The notes: generated by a model from the letters alone, not told the origin. Positions 29,028 through 39,566 are shown, counted from the stretch's first letter. The stretch: 64,000 nt of DNA from Dehalococcoidia bacterium (GCA_011192005.1 DUFB01000065.1:16843-80842), one strand, 5' to 3'. A program made the numbers and translations.

Positions 29028-29720
29028 TTGTTTGTTGCAGAGCATCTCCTGCGAGGCATCAAAGGAGCAACCGTGGGGGAGTATGTGAATCTCGGTCAGA
29101 TCGTCATCCTGAATGGTGCACCTCTAGCCGGGAAGTCAAGCATAGTCAAGGTTATTCAAGACACCTTCGAGGGCGTCTGGATGAATCTTGGTGTGGATGT
29201 GTTTGCAAGAGGCGTCACACCGAAGAGATACCAACCTGGAATTGGCCTGCGTCCGGGACCAGGCTTGAGATTCGGAGGTGATGTTCCAGAGTTGGAGCCG
29301 CTCATACCAAGATTCTACGCAGCTATGTACGAGTCGATCGCTGCACACAGCAGGCTAGGTCTTAACGTTGTCACCGACGTCGGTCACCATGGGGCTATCC
29401 ACTCGGGGATCCTGCCGAACTGCGCTCGCCAGCTTATGGGTTTGCCGGTTCTCTTCGTTGGTGTTCGCTGCCCAATCAAGGAGATCATGAAACGACGTAG
29501 TCAAGCTGACCGCGAAAGCGGGTACATTGTGGGAACGAATGACGAATTAGTACCGCCGCCGGTCGTCCTATGGCAGGAAGAGGTCCACAAGCCTGGCATC
29601 TACGACCTGGAGGTGGATACGTCTCTACTGAGTCCTAATGACTGTGCTAAAGAAATCAGGCAGCGGCTGATGGAAGGGCCACCTGGTACAGCGTTCCAGC
29701 AGCTCGCTGAATTAGCATAG
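29028..29720 (+). CDS. Chloramphenicol-phosphotransferase-like P-loop kinase family protein
   Basis: VILNGAPLAGKSS P-loop near the N-terminus, about 200-aa length. The start is probably an internal GTG near 29072. Confidence 0.55.
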   Translation: MFVAEHLLRGIKGATVGEYVNLGQIVILNGAPLAGKSSIVKVIQDTFEGVWMNLGVDVFARGVTPKRYQPGIGLRPGPGLRFGGDVPELEPLIPRFYAAMYESIAAHSRLGLNVVTDVGHHGAIHSGILPNCARQLMGLPVLFVGVRCPIKEIMKRRSQADRESGYIVGTNDELVPPPVVLWQEEVHKPGIYDLEVDTSLLSPNDCAKEIRQRLMEGPPGTAFQQLAELA

Positions 29721-30024
29721 ATTATGACCTGTTCCCACCACCACTTTAGATATTATGGAGAGAAATGTCCAAGCCTGCCGTGGAAACACAAGATTATAAT
29801 TTCAATTCAAGGCAAACCAGGTTTTTCATAGATACGGGCGTGTATCGTACTCAGTCAGACGAGGCGAAATACCTTTATTAAGTACAATAGCAGTCTTTGC
29901 CAATGAGCTGAGAACCTCATGTTGACAAATTTCTGTGTTTATTATTAGATCTATCCTTATTATCTAGGCTGAAAATATTTACTTAACTATACTGGAGCTT
30001 TTTCTTTTCTCTTCGCATTTATTT

Positions 30025-30234
30025 TTATGCTTTCACAATGGCTTTTGCCGGGCACCACCATTCGTGGGAAACGCAGACTCCGCAATCCGTGCATTTATCC
30101 GGATCAATTCTGGTTGTGTACAGGTTCAGTCCATCAAAATCGGTAACCTGTTCGTCCACGACGATTGCTCCCTCCGGGCATTCGTCGATGCAAATGCCGC
30201 ACTTAAGACAACTATCTGTAATCTTATAGGCCAT
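30025..30234 (-). CDS. Mini 2x[4Fe-4S] ferredoxin with extended second Cys motif
   Basis: 69 aa. CLKCGICIDECP is canonical. CTDCGVCVSHEWWCP has C-x2-C-x2-C-x6-CP spacing. Confidence 0.85.
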   Translation of the reverse strand: MAYKITDSCLKCGICIDECPEGAIVVDEQVTDFDGLNLYTTRIDPDKCTDCGVCVSHEWWCPAKAIVKA

Positions 30235-30278
30235 ATTATACTCCTTTTAACCCTAAGGAAATGATTTTCCCGCTCTGC

Positions 30279-30857
30279 TTATCGTGTATAACCCTCGTCA
30301 GGCCACATTCTATCCCAGGGTGTTGCTTCTCTCAGTTCTCTGGGTAATAGCTGCCGGAAGGATTTTTCCGTATGCACGGGTCCTTGATTGACTTCAATGA
30401 ATATCCAGGGTCGTGTTGTTTTCAATGGTTTCCACGGGGAATGGATGAAATTGGGCGGAATCCAGATTACGGTAGATTTATTGAACACGTGTTTTTCCAT
30501 TTCCGGTCCCATATACATCTGAACCTCGGCACCCAGATCCATCGGATCGTCCGGGTTTGTACCGATGTGAAACAGGAGCTCGGCATCTTTGTGTATGTGC
30601 GGGGGATGACCGGCCATCTCATGCGAAGACACTATATCCTGGAGGTCGCCGTACTGGTTCTTCCAGAGGTCACCTTTGCGTCTAACACCGCTATAAAAAC
30701 CATCTTTTTCATCGAAAGGGAACATCCAGTGAACCAGATAAAAGTAGCTACCTTTGGCCACGGCGTCATCCATGCGAGCGATTACCGGCCGGCGTTCAGT
30801 CTCTATTATAGGCGTCGTAATACCGTATTGAATAAAATACTTATCATATTTGCCCAT
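30279..30857 (-). CDS. Mono-cupin paralog B
   Basis: 192 aa. MGKYDKYFIQ N-terminus, as in the paralog A repeats. HPPHIHKDAELLFHIGTNPDDPMDLGAEVQMYMGPEMEKHVFNKSTVIWIPPNFIHSP. Confidence 0.65.
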   Translation of the reverse strand: MGKYDKYFIQYGITTPIIETERRPVIARMDDAVAKGSYFYLVHWMFPFDEKDGFYSGVRRKGDLWKNQYGDLQDIVSSHEMAGHPPHIHKDAELLFHIGTNPDDPMDLGAEVQMYMGPEMEKHVFNKSTVIWIPPNFIHSPWKPLKTTRPWIFIEVNQGPVHTEKSFRQLLPRELREATPWDRMWPDEGYTR

Positions 30858-31184
30858 TGTCTTTCTTCTCCTTTACTATTTATTTCCAATTAAGATATTA
30901 GCCTGGCAATTGATGATTTTATCTTGTTATTAACCTCCTTGTTTAGAATTATGTACCGACATCCAAATGCAAGATTCAACTTAACTTGCTGATAAAAAGG
31001 AGCTTGCTTAACTAATTTTGCTCAATTTCCGTCTTCATTTTACAATAATTTCGTATTGAGAAAAAGTTCGAAGAAGGGGATTATATTTTTTTGGCTAATG
31101 GATAGCTAACCAACGATTTTTTTTCAAATCCTTATCAAGGTCATTCTTTTTGTGAATGACAGTATTATCAAATAAGCCAGCTTC

Positions 31185-31214
31185 TTGATAGGATAGTCGT
31201 TAAGGGAATATAAT
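31185..31214 (+). promoter_or_regulatory. sigma70-like promoter for the PpiC-domain gene
   Basis: TTGATA (31185-31190), 18-nt spacer, TATAAT (31209-31214). Confidence 0.45.
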
Positions 31215-31304
31215 CAAATACGTACGCATAACTTTTTCGGCAGCAGGATAAAGCTATCGTAGAGCGACCTTCAGTATAACAATTACATATGAGGGGTTTT
31301 ATAA

Positions 31305-33110
31305 ATGTCAAAGAAACATCGAACCAGCAAGAACGAGCGTTTTATATCCAAACGCCAGGACTCCGGAAAACAGCGGCAGAAGCGCATACGCAATATTATT
31401 ATCTCCGTTGTCCTGGTAGTCGTAATCGCCGCTGTAAGTGTAGGCGTGTGGGCTTACTTCAATTATCAGGTTATACCGTATAACCAAACGGCCATAAGGA
31501 TCAACGACGTCACTTTCGATCTAGGATATTACATCAACATGCTCAAAATTTATTATGGAAATGTCTCGCCGTCTACCCTGGAAAATTATACAAGCTATGG
31601 TAGACAGGAGATTGAGAAGCTAGCAGGTTATGTGGAACAACAGATTATACAGAACGAGATTATCAAACAAGGTTCCTTAGCTTTTGGAGTCCAGATTGAA
31701 CGTAGTCTAATCGAAGACATTCTTAATGAATCAGATATGCCGGTCACTGACGAACGTATTGATATCCTGACGGCGCAAGAATTGGTTGAAAAGCAGGTTC
31801 CACCAACCCAGCAGCAGGTGAACCTGCAAATCATGTTACTTGAAAGCGAAAGTGTTGCGCAGGAGGCAATAGCCAGGTTGGAGTCGGGTGAGTCATTCAA
31901 CCAGGTGGCCAGTGATCTCACGAAGGTCACTGATATCATGCTCCTTGAAGGTGATATGGGATGGGTAACCGCGCGGGAGATTGATCTCAAGATGGGTAGT
32001 ACGAAGTTAGGCAACACGGTTTTTGGGTCCAATCCTAATGTATTAAGCAGTCCGGTTTACGATGATATGGCAACCAAAGCGTTTGGATACTGGGTCATGA
32101 AGGTTATAGAGAAGAATGATGCTACTGATACAACTTCGGCTTCAATACGTCTTCAAGGTATCTTACTGGGAAGTGAACAGGAAGCTTACGATATAATCGA
32201 AAAACTGAATGCCGGTGCAGACATAGATGAACTGGCTAAGGAATTTTCAGAACTGTCAGGTGCCGAAAATAGTGGAGCCCAACAGTTCTGGATGGCAGAA
32301 GACGAAGCTATCGAAAGCTTTCAGGTTCTATTCGATCTGCCGATAAACGGAATCAGTGAGCCGATAAGCGATAATCAGACTGAGACGAAGGGCGGATACT
32401 GGGTATTCAATGTACTAGAAAAGGATGATAACCGGGAGTTGACTGCTAACCAGCAGAACATACTTATAAATGATTTTCTTGTAAGGTGCTCTGCCGAACT
32501 GGAGAAAGATCCCGGATATATCGTGGAGAGCCTTTTAACCGAAGAAATGGTTGTCTCAGCAATCAATAAGGCTGTACTGGCACAGGGAGAAGGCTCGGTT
32601 TTAATCCGTACGGGTTCGCTACCCTATGGTGAAGCAAAAGTAAGCTACTACTGCCAGCTCGAAGCATATGGTAACCAAAAAGGTAATACCTGGTACATAA
32701 CCGAAGGTAGATTGCCTGAGGGATTAAGTCTGGACGGGTCTGCAGGCGTGATATCGGGGGCTCCTAAATTGGCCGGCGGTTACAGCATCACGTTAGTAGT
32801 CGACAGTGGCCTTCACTATCATCAACAGGACTATACAATACGGGTGTACCTGCCGGTTTCAGTGACGACCAGTTCTTTACCCGAAGCTCAGGTAGGGGTT
32901 GACTACGCAGCAATACTTGAGGCATTCGGCGATATTTCCTATTATAAGTGGTCAATTATTGATGGTAAATTACCTGAAGGCTTAGAACTAGATGGCACTC
33001 TAGGATATATATACGGAACGCCAACCACTGCCGGTACCTATGACTTTACGTTACAGGTAGATGATGGTCTGGGAACAGCAACACAGACATTGACTATAGT
33101 TGTGCGATAG
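31305..33110 (+). CDS. Membrane-anchored parvulin (PpiC)-type peptidyl-prolyl isomerase with two C-terminal Ig-like repeats
   Basis: N-terminal TM helix. Parvulin-like GDMGWVTAREI and KGGYWVFNVLE. Two repeats: LPEGLSLDGSAGVISGAPKLAGGYSITLVVDSG and LPEGLELDGTLGYIYGTPTTAGTYDFTLQVDDG. Confidence 0.7.
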   Translation: MSKKHRTSKNERFISKRQDSGKQRQKRIRNIIISVVLVVVIAAVSVGVWAYFNYQVIPYNQTAIRINDVTFDLGYYINMLKIYYGNVSPSTLENYTSYGRQEIEKLAGYVEQQIIQNEIIKQGSLAFGVQIERSLIEDILNESDMPVTDERIDILTAQELVEKQVPPTQQQVNLQIMLLESESVAQEAIARLESGESFNQVASDLTKVTDIMLLEGDMGWVTAREIDLKMGSTKLGNTVFGSNPNVLSSPVYDDMATKAFGYWVMKVIEKNDATDTTSASIRLQGILLGSEQEAYDIIEKLNAGADIDELAKEFSELSGAENSGAQQFWMAEDEAIESFQVLFDLPINGISEPISDNQTETKGGYWVFNVLEKDDNRELTANQQNILINDFLVRCSAELEKDPGYIVESLLTEEMVVSAINKAVLAQGEGSVLIRTGSLPYGEAKVSYYCQLEAYGNQKGNTWYITEGRLPEGLSLDGSAGVISGAPKLAGGYSITLVVDSGLHYHQQDYTIRVYLPVSVTTSSLPEAQVGVDYAAILEAFGDISYYKWSIIDGKLPEGLELDGTLGYIYGTPTTAGTYDFTLQVDDGLGTATQTLTIVVR

Positions 33111-33338
33111 CCCGGGTAAAACCTGGCATCAACAACAGCAAGGACAACAGACCATAAATTTTTACAGTTTAACACTTAAATGAGGTGATACCCCGGAGAA
33201 TGTGAAAAGTACCGAAAAATGATGCTAATTCCTCAACCGGTGCTTTTCTGCAAAAACCAAAATACAACCGGGTTATATACAACATTCGGAGAGATAAATA
33301 ATTAGCTTCAATTAACTGCGAATTGAGCTTAAAATAAC

Positions 33339-33368
33339 TTGACAAATGTGGATTTTTTGTTGTAATAT
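33339..33368 (+). promoter_or_regulatory. sigma70-like promoter for the ABC importer operon
   Basis: TTGACA (33339-33344), 18-nt spacer, TAATAT (33363-33368). It leaves a leader of about 190 nt. Confidence 0.45.
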
Positions 33369-33562
33369 TCTGACACCCTGATTGTTTCCACAGACGTAAT
33401 TTTGAAAGTAAATTTCAATCGCAGTAAAATGGTTAATAACCAGACATAGTGCACTTTCCATTATATAAGTACGATGACAATCCAGAGGAGGTGTATAATG
33501 ACATGATTAGAAGGTTTAAAAATATTCTTCATAATTCAATAAAGGAGGTATAAGAGAAAATA

Positions 33563-35173
33563 ATGAAGAAATATCTGATTCCAGCTTTGGCGGTTATTTT
33601 ATTAGCCAGTATGATTCTCAGCAGTTGCGGTGAGCCTGAACCTACAACAACACAACCGACAACAGCACCGACATCTACACCTACCACCACACCTACCACT
33701 GGACCCGTCTACGGCGGTAAATTTACCATGGTACGCAATACAGGCATCACCGAGGTTGGTGCTCCCATGGACCTGCAGGGTGGCTACGGCGGTGTGACTT
33801 ATCCTCTCTGGTGCCCTGTCGTTGAGACTTTATACATTGTTGATGCCGCAGACCGGATCGTGCCCGTACTGGCCGAGTCCGTGGAAGTAGCATCGGACGG
33901 ACTGTCTGTCGTGTTCAAACTGAGACAGGGAGTCAAGTTCCACGATGGTACGGACTTCAATGCTGAAGCGGTGAAAATTAACCTAGAAACTGTAATTGCC
34001 GCCGAGGTTCCTGGTTCTACCCCCCTGAAGAGCATTGAATCTTTCGATATTATTGATGACCATACCCTAAAAATTAACCTGAAAAACTTTGACGCTACCT
34101 TTCTGATGAGCCTGGCCCAATCGGGTGTTGGTGTCATGATATCCCCCGCTGCCCTGACCAAAGAGACGACGCCGGAAAATGCCGGAAAAGATCACCTGGT
34201 GGGCACCGGGCCTTTCCTGTTTGATAGCTGGGCTCTAGACCAGTACATCATCATGAAAAAGAATCCCAACTACTGGCAGGAAGGCAGACCTTACCTCGAT
34301 GAGATTGAAATCCGCAATATTACGGACTACACCATTTCAATCATGGCTTTCAAGGCCGGGGAAGTGGACATGGTTGAAAGTATTGACCCTGCTCAATATA
34401 ACGAATTGAAGGAACAGGGTTATACCGTCGGTATTCCAGAAGGCCTGGCTTTCGTCTTTAGCTTCCGAACCGCCAATGCCGACCCCGCCTCACCTTTCTC
34501 TGATAAAAAGGTACGGGAAGCCCTGTGGTATTCTGTTGACAGGGAAAGCCTGGTTTTCGGTCTGGGTAAAGGCACCTATAATGTGGCGAACCAATTAGCC
34601 GCGCCGCAGCAGGGGTGGTATATTGAGGATTACCCCGCCCGACCATATGATCCAGATAAGGCCATGGAGTTGCTGGCTGATGCTGGCTTTGAAGGTGGTT
34701 TTAAGACCATTTTACACGGTGATATCCGCGGACGTCAGGATGACCTGGTCGCTCTCCAGACTTACTTCGGTGCGATTGGCATAGAGTGCGAGCTGGATAT
34801 TGCCGACGTTGCTCGATCGAGTACCTTCGGCACCGAGGGCTTCGATGGCATTTTCCAGAGCGGTTTCCCCAACTGGTCTTCCTTCTCCAGCTGGATGAAT
34901 GTCTGGCTTAGCCCTACAGCGACCTACCCCACCATGAAGTTCCCAGATAACTGGACAGAAGACTGGCAGGCTGTCAAGACTGAGCCAGATTACGATAAAC
35001 GGATGGCTCAAATGAAGGCCCTCCTTAAAGTAGTCTATGATGAAGCCCTGGTAATTCCCTGGATGTGGGATGCTCCACGCTACTGTATAAACTCCAAAGT
35101 CCATGATCTGATGTGGGATGCCGTGGACATCAATGGCTACTTCGATCCAGTCAATGTCTGGAAAGAGAAATAA
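33563..35173 (+). CDS. ABC transporter substrate-binding lipoprotein, family 5 (peptide/nickel/opine type)
   Basis: Lipobox LSSCG, Thr/Pro-rich tether TTTQPTTAPTSTPTTTPTTGP, then family-5 SBP-like sequence (GGKFTM..., NPNYWQEGRPYLDEIE). Confidence 0.85.
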   Translation: MKKYLIPALAVILLASMILSSCGEPEPTTTQPTTAPTSTPTTTPTTGPVYGGKFTMVRNTGITEVGAPMDLQGGYGGVTYPLWCPVVETLYIVDAADRIVPVLAESVEVASDGLSVVFKLRQGVKFHDGTDFNAEAVKINLETVIAAEVPGSTPLKSIESFDIIDDHTLKINLKNFDATFLMSLAQSGVGVMISPAALTKETTPENAGKDHLVGTGPFLFDSWALDQYIIMKKNPNYWQEGRPYLDEIEIRNITDYTISIMAFKAGEVDMVESIDPAQYNELKEQGYTVGIPEGLAFVFSFRTANADPASPFSDKKVREALWYSVDRESLVFGLGKGTYNVANQLAAPQQGWYIEDYPARPYDPDKAMELLADAGFEGGFKTILHGDIRGRQDDLVALQTYFGAIGIECELDIADVARSSTFGTEGFDGIFQSGFPNWSSFSSWMNVWLSPTATYPTMKFPDNWTEDWQAVKTEPDYDKRMAQMKALLKVVYDEALVIPWMWDAPRYCINSKVHDLMWDAVDINGYFDPVNVWKEK

Positions 35174-35218
35174 ACCATAAATATGCGGTTATGGTAATTA
35201 CGTGATGAAAGGGAGGTT

Positions 35219-35269
35219 CTCCGTCCCCGGGGAGAAAAAACAACCGGGGGCGGAGTCCTTTCTTTTCTT
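35219..35269 (+). terminator. Strong intrinsic terminator between the SBP and permease genes
   Basis: 12-bp stem CTCCGTCCCCGG (35219-35230) / CCGGGGGCGGAG (35244-35255, one G-U pair), followed by TCCTTTCTTTTCTT. Confidence 0.7.
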
Positions 35270-35686
35270 ACGGTGCATATTGCACTGGTTAGAAAAACCG
35301 GGGTGGAAAGAGGCCATATCCATGACTTAATATTTACCGGTCTGCCATGGATGGCGCAAGGTATAACCGAATATAAATCATCCTGAAAACGATCCGGCAA
35401 ATCAGACAGAATAAAAAAACTGCCACGTGCACCGAAACTAGATTTGGCAGGATAAATATGGTACAAATTACTTGGAGATTATTTTACATATCGAGTTTTT
35501 TGTCCCTTAAACGTAACAACTCCTCAACCCTAAAATGACCTGGCTGTAATACAAAAAACAAAGAAACACTAAAGACATTAACAAATTAGAACAGGGTAAA
35601 TGCTATCCTGAACGCTAAATAGAATAAGTTAGCGGAAACAAGAGACTTCCTTGGTAGTCAAATAATCCCTCCGTGGAGGATATGAA

Positions 35687-36643
35687 ATGACAGCGTATAT
35701 CATACGCCGTTTATTGTTAGGAGTGATTATCCTCTTGCTGGTTACCCTGCTGGTCTTTCTGGCGATGCGTCTGTTACCAGGTGACCCGCTGATGATTTTC
35801 GTTTCTCAGTTCCAGACTGAATCCTTCACCCCTGAGCAGATAGAAGAGCTGCGCCGTGAATTTGGCTTGGATAGATCTCTTCCCATGCAGTATATCAACT
35901 GGCTCGGTGATATATTGCGAGGAGATATGGGTAAATCCATTATTATGGGTCAGGACGTGGGGTATTTGATATCCACCAGGCTGCCGGTAACGGTTTATTT
36001 CGGTGTCATGTCTTTTGTCGTGAGTGCATTTTTAGGCGTCATTTTCGGCGTAATCTGTGCTCTAAGAAGGGGTAAATGGCTTGATTCGGTAGTTACTGTT
36101 CTGGCTAATATCGGCATTACGGTGCCTGCTTTCTGGATTGGAATATTATTGATGTATCTATTCTCGCTGACGTTACACTGGTTACCTACCAGCGGTTATG
36201 TAGCTCCCACAGAGAATCTGGCACAAAGTCTACGTGCAGCAATCATGCCTGTTATCTGCCTTTCTCTATTTTCGGTGGCTGCACTGACCCGTCAGACCCG
36301 CTCTGCCATGCTTGAGGTTGTCAGCCAGGATTATATCCGGACCGCCTGGGCTAAGGGTTTACGTGAGCGGGTAATAGTTCTCCGGCATACCATAAAGAAT
36401 GCCATGATACCCGTTATTACCATCCTGGGCTTACAGGTTGGGTTGATCTTCGGGGGATCAGTCCTGATAGAAACCGTCTTCAATATTCCGGGAATGGGAC
36501 GGCTATTAGCCAATTCCCTATTTTCTCATGATTATCAGATAGTCCAGGCCGGGACACTGGTCATTGCGGTGGTAGTGGTGCTTTCCAACCTGATAGTCGA
36601 TATTTCCTACGGCTGGTTTGATCCACGCATAAGGTACGGTTAA
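35687..36643 (+). CDS. ABC transporter permease (DppB/OppB-like)
   Basis: 318 aa, six TM helices. N-terminal MTAYIIRRLL and the DYIRTAWAKGL EAA-loop motif. Confidence 0.9.
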   Translation: MTAYIIRRLLLGVIILLLVTLLVFLAMRLLPGDPLMIFVSQFQTESFTPEQIEELRREFGLDRSLPMQYINWLGDILRGDMGKSIIMGQDVGYLISTRLPVTVYFGVMSFVVSAFLGVIFGVICALRRGKWLDSVVTVLANIGITVPAFWIGILLMYLFSLTLHWLPTSGYVAPTENLAQSLRAAIMPVICLSLFSVAALTRQTRSAMLEVVSQDYIRTAWAKGLRERVIVLRHTIKNAMIPVITILGLQVGLIFGGSVLIETVFNIPGMGRLLANSLFSHDYQIVQAGTLVIAVVVVLSNLIVDISYGWFDPRIRYG

Positions 36644-36654
36644 GGAGTGCGTGC

Positions 36655-37560
36655 ATGCAGAATAATGTGACCAATTCAGTGGAACCGACGGCATGGTCTG
36701 AAGTCGCACCGGCCCAGAGCGAGTTCCGCCGGGTGATAAGGGTATTTTTCAGCCGCAAGATTGCGGTAGTCGGTTTGGTACTGATTGTCTTATTGGTTAT
36801 AACGGCCATATTTGCTCCATGGCTGGCACCCTATCCTCCTAATGACATCGACATGGCTAACACTCTGGCCAAACCCAGCGGTGACCACTGGCTGGGAACT
36901 GATAATCTGGGAAGAGATGTTCTGAGCCGCATTATTTATGGCGCCCGTACTTCTTTAATAATCGCTGTCGGCGCGACCGCGATGTCCGTCGTACTGGGCG
37001 AGATTTTAGGTCTGATTGCCGCTTATTTTGGCGGAATCGTTTTTCAAATTATAATGCGTTTCATCGATGCATTAATGGCAGTTCCGATGCTTCTAGTTGC
37101 TCTGATTATGGCTTCCCTGCTGGGTGGCGGGGTGAAAAACGTAATTCTGGCTCTTGGCGTCGGTATGCTGTCCGTCCACGCACGAATGATGTGCGCTCAG
37201 GCGCTCAGCGTTAAGCAGAATGATTATATTCTGGCCGCCAGGTCGATGGGAATGGGCGATATGCGCATGATGATTCAGGAAATTGTGCCCAATGCTTTCC
37301 CGGCTCTGGTGGTCGTCGCGACCGTAGGTCTGGGGGCAGTTATTCTGGCAGAAGCCGGCCTGAGCTTTCTGGGCGTGGGTGTAATGCCTCCTTATCCGGC
37401 CTGGGGCAAGATGATCAGCGACGGTTACAAATATATACTCTCCAACCCTGCATTGGCATTTTCTCCCGGCATAGCCATAATGCTGGTTGTCTTTGGCTTT
37501 AATATGATGGGGGACGGGCTCCGTGATGCCTTGGATCCCAGGTTAAGAGGAGTTGTATAA
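36655..37560 (+). CDS. ABC transporter permease (DppC/OppC-like)
   Basis: 301 aa. IFAPWLAPYPPN, HWLGTDNLGRDVLSRIIYGAR, YILAARSMGM. Confidence 0.9.
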   Translation: MQNNVTNSVEPTAWSEVAPAQSEFRRVIRVFFSRKIAVVGLVLIVLLVITAIFAPWLAPYPPNDIDMANTLAKPSGDHWLGTDNLGRDVLSRIIYGARTSLIIAVGATAMSVVLGEILGLIAAYFGGIVFQIIMRFIDALMAVPMLLVALIMASLLGGGVKNVILALGVGMLSVHARMMCAQALSVKQNDYILAARSMGMGDMRMMIQEIVPNAFPALVVVATVGLGAVILAEAGLSFLGVGVMPPYPAWGKMISDGYKYILSNPALAFSPGIAIMLVVFGFNMMGDGLRDALDPRLRGVV

Positions 37561-37593
37561 AGTAGAGGACCATAAGAATAGCGAGAAGTAGAT

Positions 37594-38586
37594 ATGTCTG
37601 TTCTTTTAGATGTTAAGAACCTGAGAACCCATTTTCATACGCACCGCGGGTTGGTTAAAGCTGTGGATGGGGTCTCTTTCCATATTAATGAGAAAGAGAT
37701 AGTAGGGCTGGTTGGAGAAAGCGGGTGCGGGAAATCGGTAAGCATGCTTTCCGTGATGCAACTAATAGCGATCCCACCGGGGAAGATAGTAAGTGGTAGC
37801 GCCATGTTTGATGGCCATGATTTATTAAAATATAAACCCAAAGGCGATGAAATGAGGGCGATACGTGGCGCCAAGATAGCCATGATATTTCAGGAACCGA
37901 TGACATCGCTTAATCCGGTGTTAACTATTGCCCGTCAGGTTACCGAAACGCTGGAACTGCACCTTAAAATGGACACTCAGACTGCCAGAAAAAGGGCAGT
38001 TGAGCTACTCAAACTGGTCGGTATCCCTGAGGCTGAAAGCCGCCTTGATAACTACCCGCACCAGTTTAGTGGCGGCATGAGACAGAGAGTGATGATCGCC
38101 ATCGCCCTCTCATGCAATCCCAAAATACTCATCGCCGATGAGCCGACCACGGCAGTAGATGTTACCACACAGGCTCAACTGCTGGAGCTGATGCAGGAAA
38201 TGGTCAACCGGTTTAATACTTCACTTGTCATCGTAACGCATAATCTCGGTGTCGTGGCCCGCTACGCCGATAGAATATACGTAATGTATGCCGGCCGTAT
38301 CGTAGAATCGGGCCTTTCGGAAGATATATTCTTAAGACCTCTTCATCCTTATACCATCGGACTCCTTAAATCTGTTCCACAATTAGGGCAAACGAAAAGC
38401 GACAGGGAACTGGTCCCTATCTCCGGTCTGCCGCCAAATCTGATTGATATGCCCCAGAACTGCGCATTTTTACCGAGATGTTCTTATCATAAAGAGAGGT
38501 GCCGGCTCGAACCCTGGCCTGAGCTTCATGCTGTAGGTGCACAGCATTACGTATCCTGTTATGTTGATACCCGGGAGACATCATGA
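37594..38586 (+). CDS. ABC transporter ATP-binding protein (DppD/OppD-like)
   Basis: GESGCGKS Walker A, FSGGMRQR signature, [11 protein letters not shown] Walker B. C-terminal Cys-rich oligopeptide-type extension. Confidence 0.9.
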   Translation: MSVLLDVKNLRTHFHTHRGLVKAVDGVSFHINEKEIVGLVGESGCGKSVSMLSVMQLIAIPPGKIVSGSAMFDGHDLLKYKPKGDEMRAIRGAKIAMIFQEPMTSLNPVLTIARQVTETLELHLKMDTQTARKRAVELLKLVGIPEAESRLDNYPHQFSGGMRQRVMIAIALSCNPKILIADEPTTAVDVTTQAQLLELMQEMVNRFNTSLVIVTHNLGVVARYADRIYVMYAGRIVESGLSEDIFLRPLHPYTIGLLKSVPQLGQTKSDRELVPISGLPPNLIDMPQNCAFLPRCSYHKERCRLEPWPELHAVGAQHYVSCYVDTRETS

Positions 38587-39566
38587 ACGCCCATCAAAAT
38601 AACAATCTAATTGAAATAAAAAACCTGAAAATGTACTTTCCTATCACCAAAGGATTGTTACGTCGTAAGGTCGGTGACGTTAAGGCTGTAGATGACATCA
38701 GTTTTGATATCAAGCAAAATGAAACCCTCGGCCTAGTAGGAGAAAGCGGATGCGGTAAGACCACGACCGGACGGTGTATCTTACGTCTGTATCAACCCAC
38801 GTCAGGAAGTATAGTGTTTAATGGAACCGATATTTCCTCTATACCTGAGAAGCAGGTAAGGCCTCTCCGACGTCACATGGGCGCTATTTTCCAGGACCCT
38901 TACGGTTCTCTTAACCCAAGACAAAGCGCACGCACTATTGCCGGAATGCCGCTGATAGTTCATCATATGATAGACAAAAAAGATTTAGATGATAAAGTAG
39001 CCGAGCTCTTCAATCTTGTGGGACTGGATTCAAGTATGATGGATCGTGTCCCTCATGAATTCAGTGGTGGCCAACGGCAACGTCTGGGAATTGCCCGTGC
39101 TCTGGCCTGTAACCCATCGCTAATAGTCTGTGATGAGCCAATTTCAGCCCTTGATGTTTCTATACAAGCTCAAATAATCAACTTACTTGAAAAGCTCCAG
39201 AAGAGCCTGGGACTTACCTATCTCTTCATTGCGCATGACCTTTCCGTGGTACAGCATATCAGCGACCGCGTAGCGGTTATGTATCTGGGCCGTATCGTAG
39301 AGATAGCGAATTCAAAGGAACTCTACCAGAGTCCACTGCATCCGTATACCAAAGCACTGCTGTCGGCAGTACCCGTGCCAAATCCCGTAAGAGAAAGAGA
39401 GCGCGTACGAATTGTCTTGAAAGGAGAGGTTCCCAGCCCCGCCCATCCACCGACTGGTTGCCACTTTCATCCGCGGTGCTCTATTGCATCTGCCGAATGT
39501 GAAGAATTCATACCACCTCTGAATACTATCAGCGGCACCCATCAGGTATCTTGTCTGAAGGTATGA
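38583..39566 (+). CDS. ABC transporter ATP-binding protein (DppF/OppF-like)
   Basis: [32 protein letters not shown] overlap with the upstream gene. Confidence 0.9.
   Translation: MNAHQNNNLIEIKNLKMYFPITKGLLRRKVGDVKAVDDISFDIKQNETLGLVGESGCGKTTTGRCILRLYQPTSGSIVFNGTDISSIPEKQVRPLRRHMGAIFQDPYGSLNPRQSARTIAGMPLIVHHMIDKKDLDDKVAELFNLVGLDSSMMDRVPHEFSGGQRQRLGIARALACNPSLIVCDEPISALDVSIQAQIINLLEKLQKSLGLTYLFIAHDLSVVQHISDRVAVMYLGRIVEIANSKELYQSPLHPYTKALLSAVPVPNPVRERERVRIVLKGEVPSPAHPPTGCHFHPRCSIASAECEEFIPPLNTISGTHQVSCLKV

Noticed and set aside
35137-35466. 109-aa minus-strand ORF in the SBP-permease spacer
   Set aside because: It overlaps the SBP gene end and the strong plus-strand terminator. It has no RBS and an odd composition. 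The spacer is better read as regulatory or non-coding.
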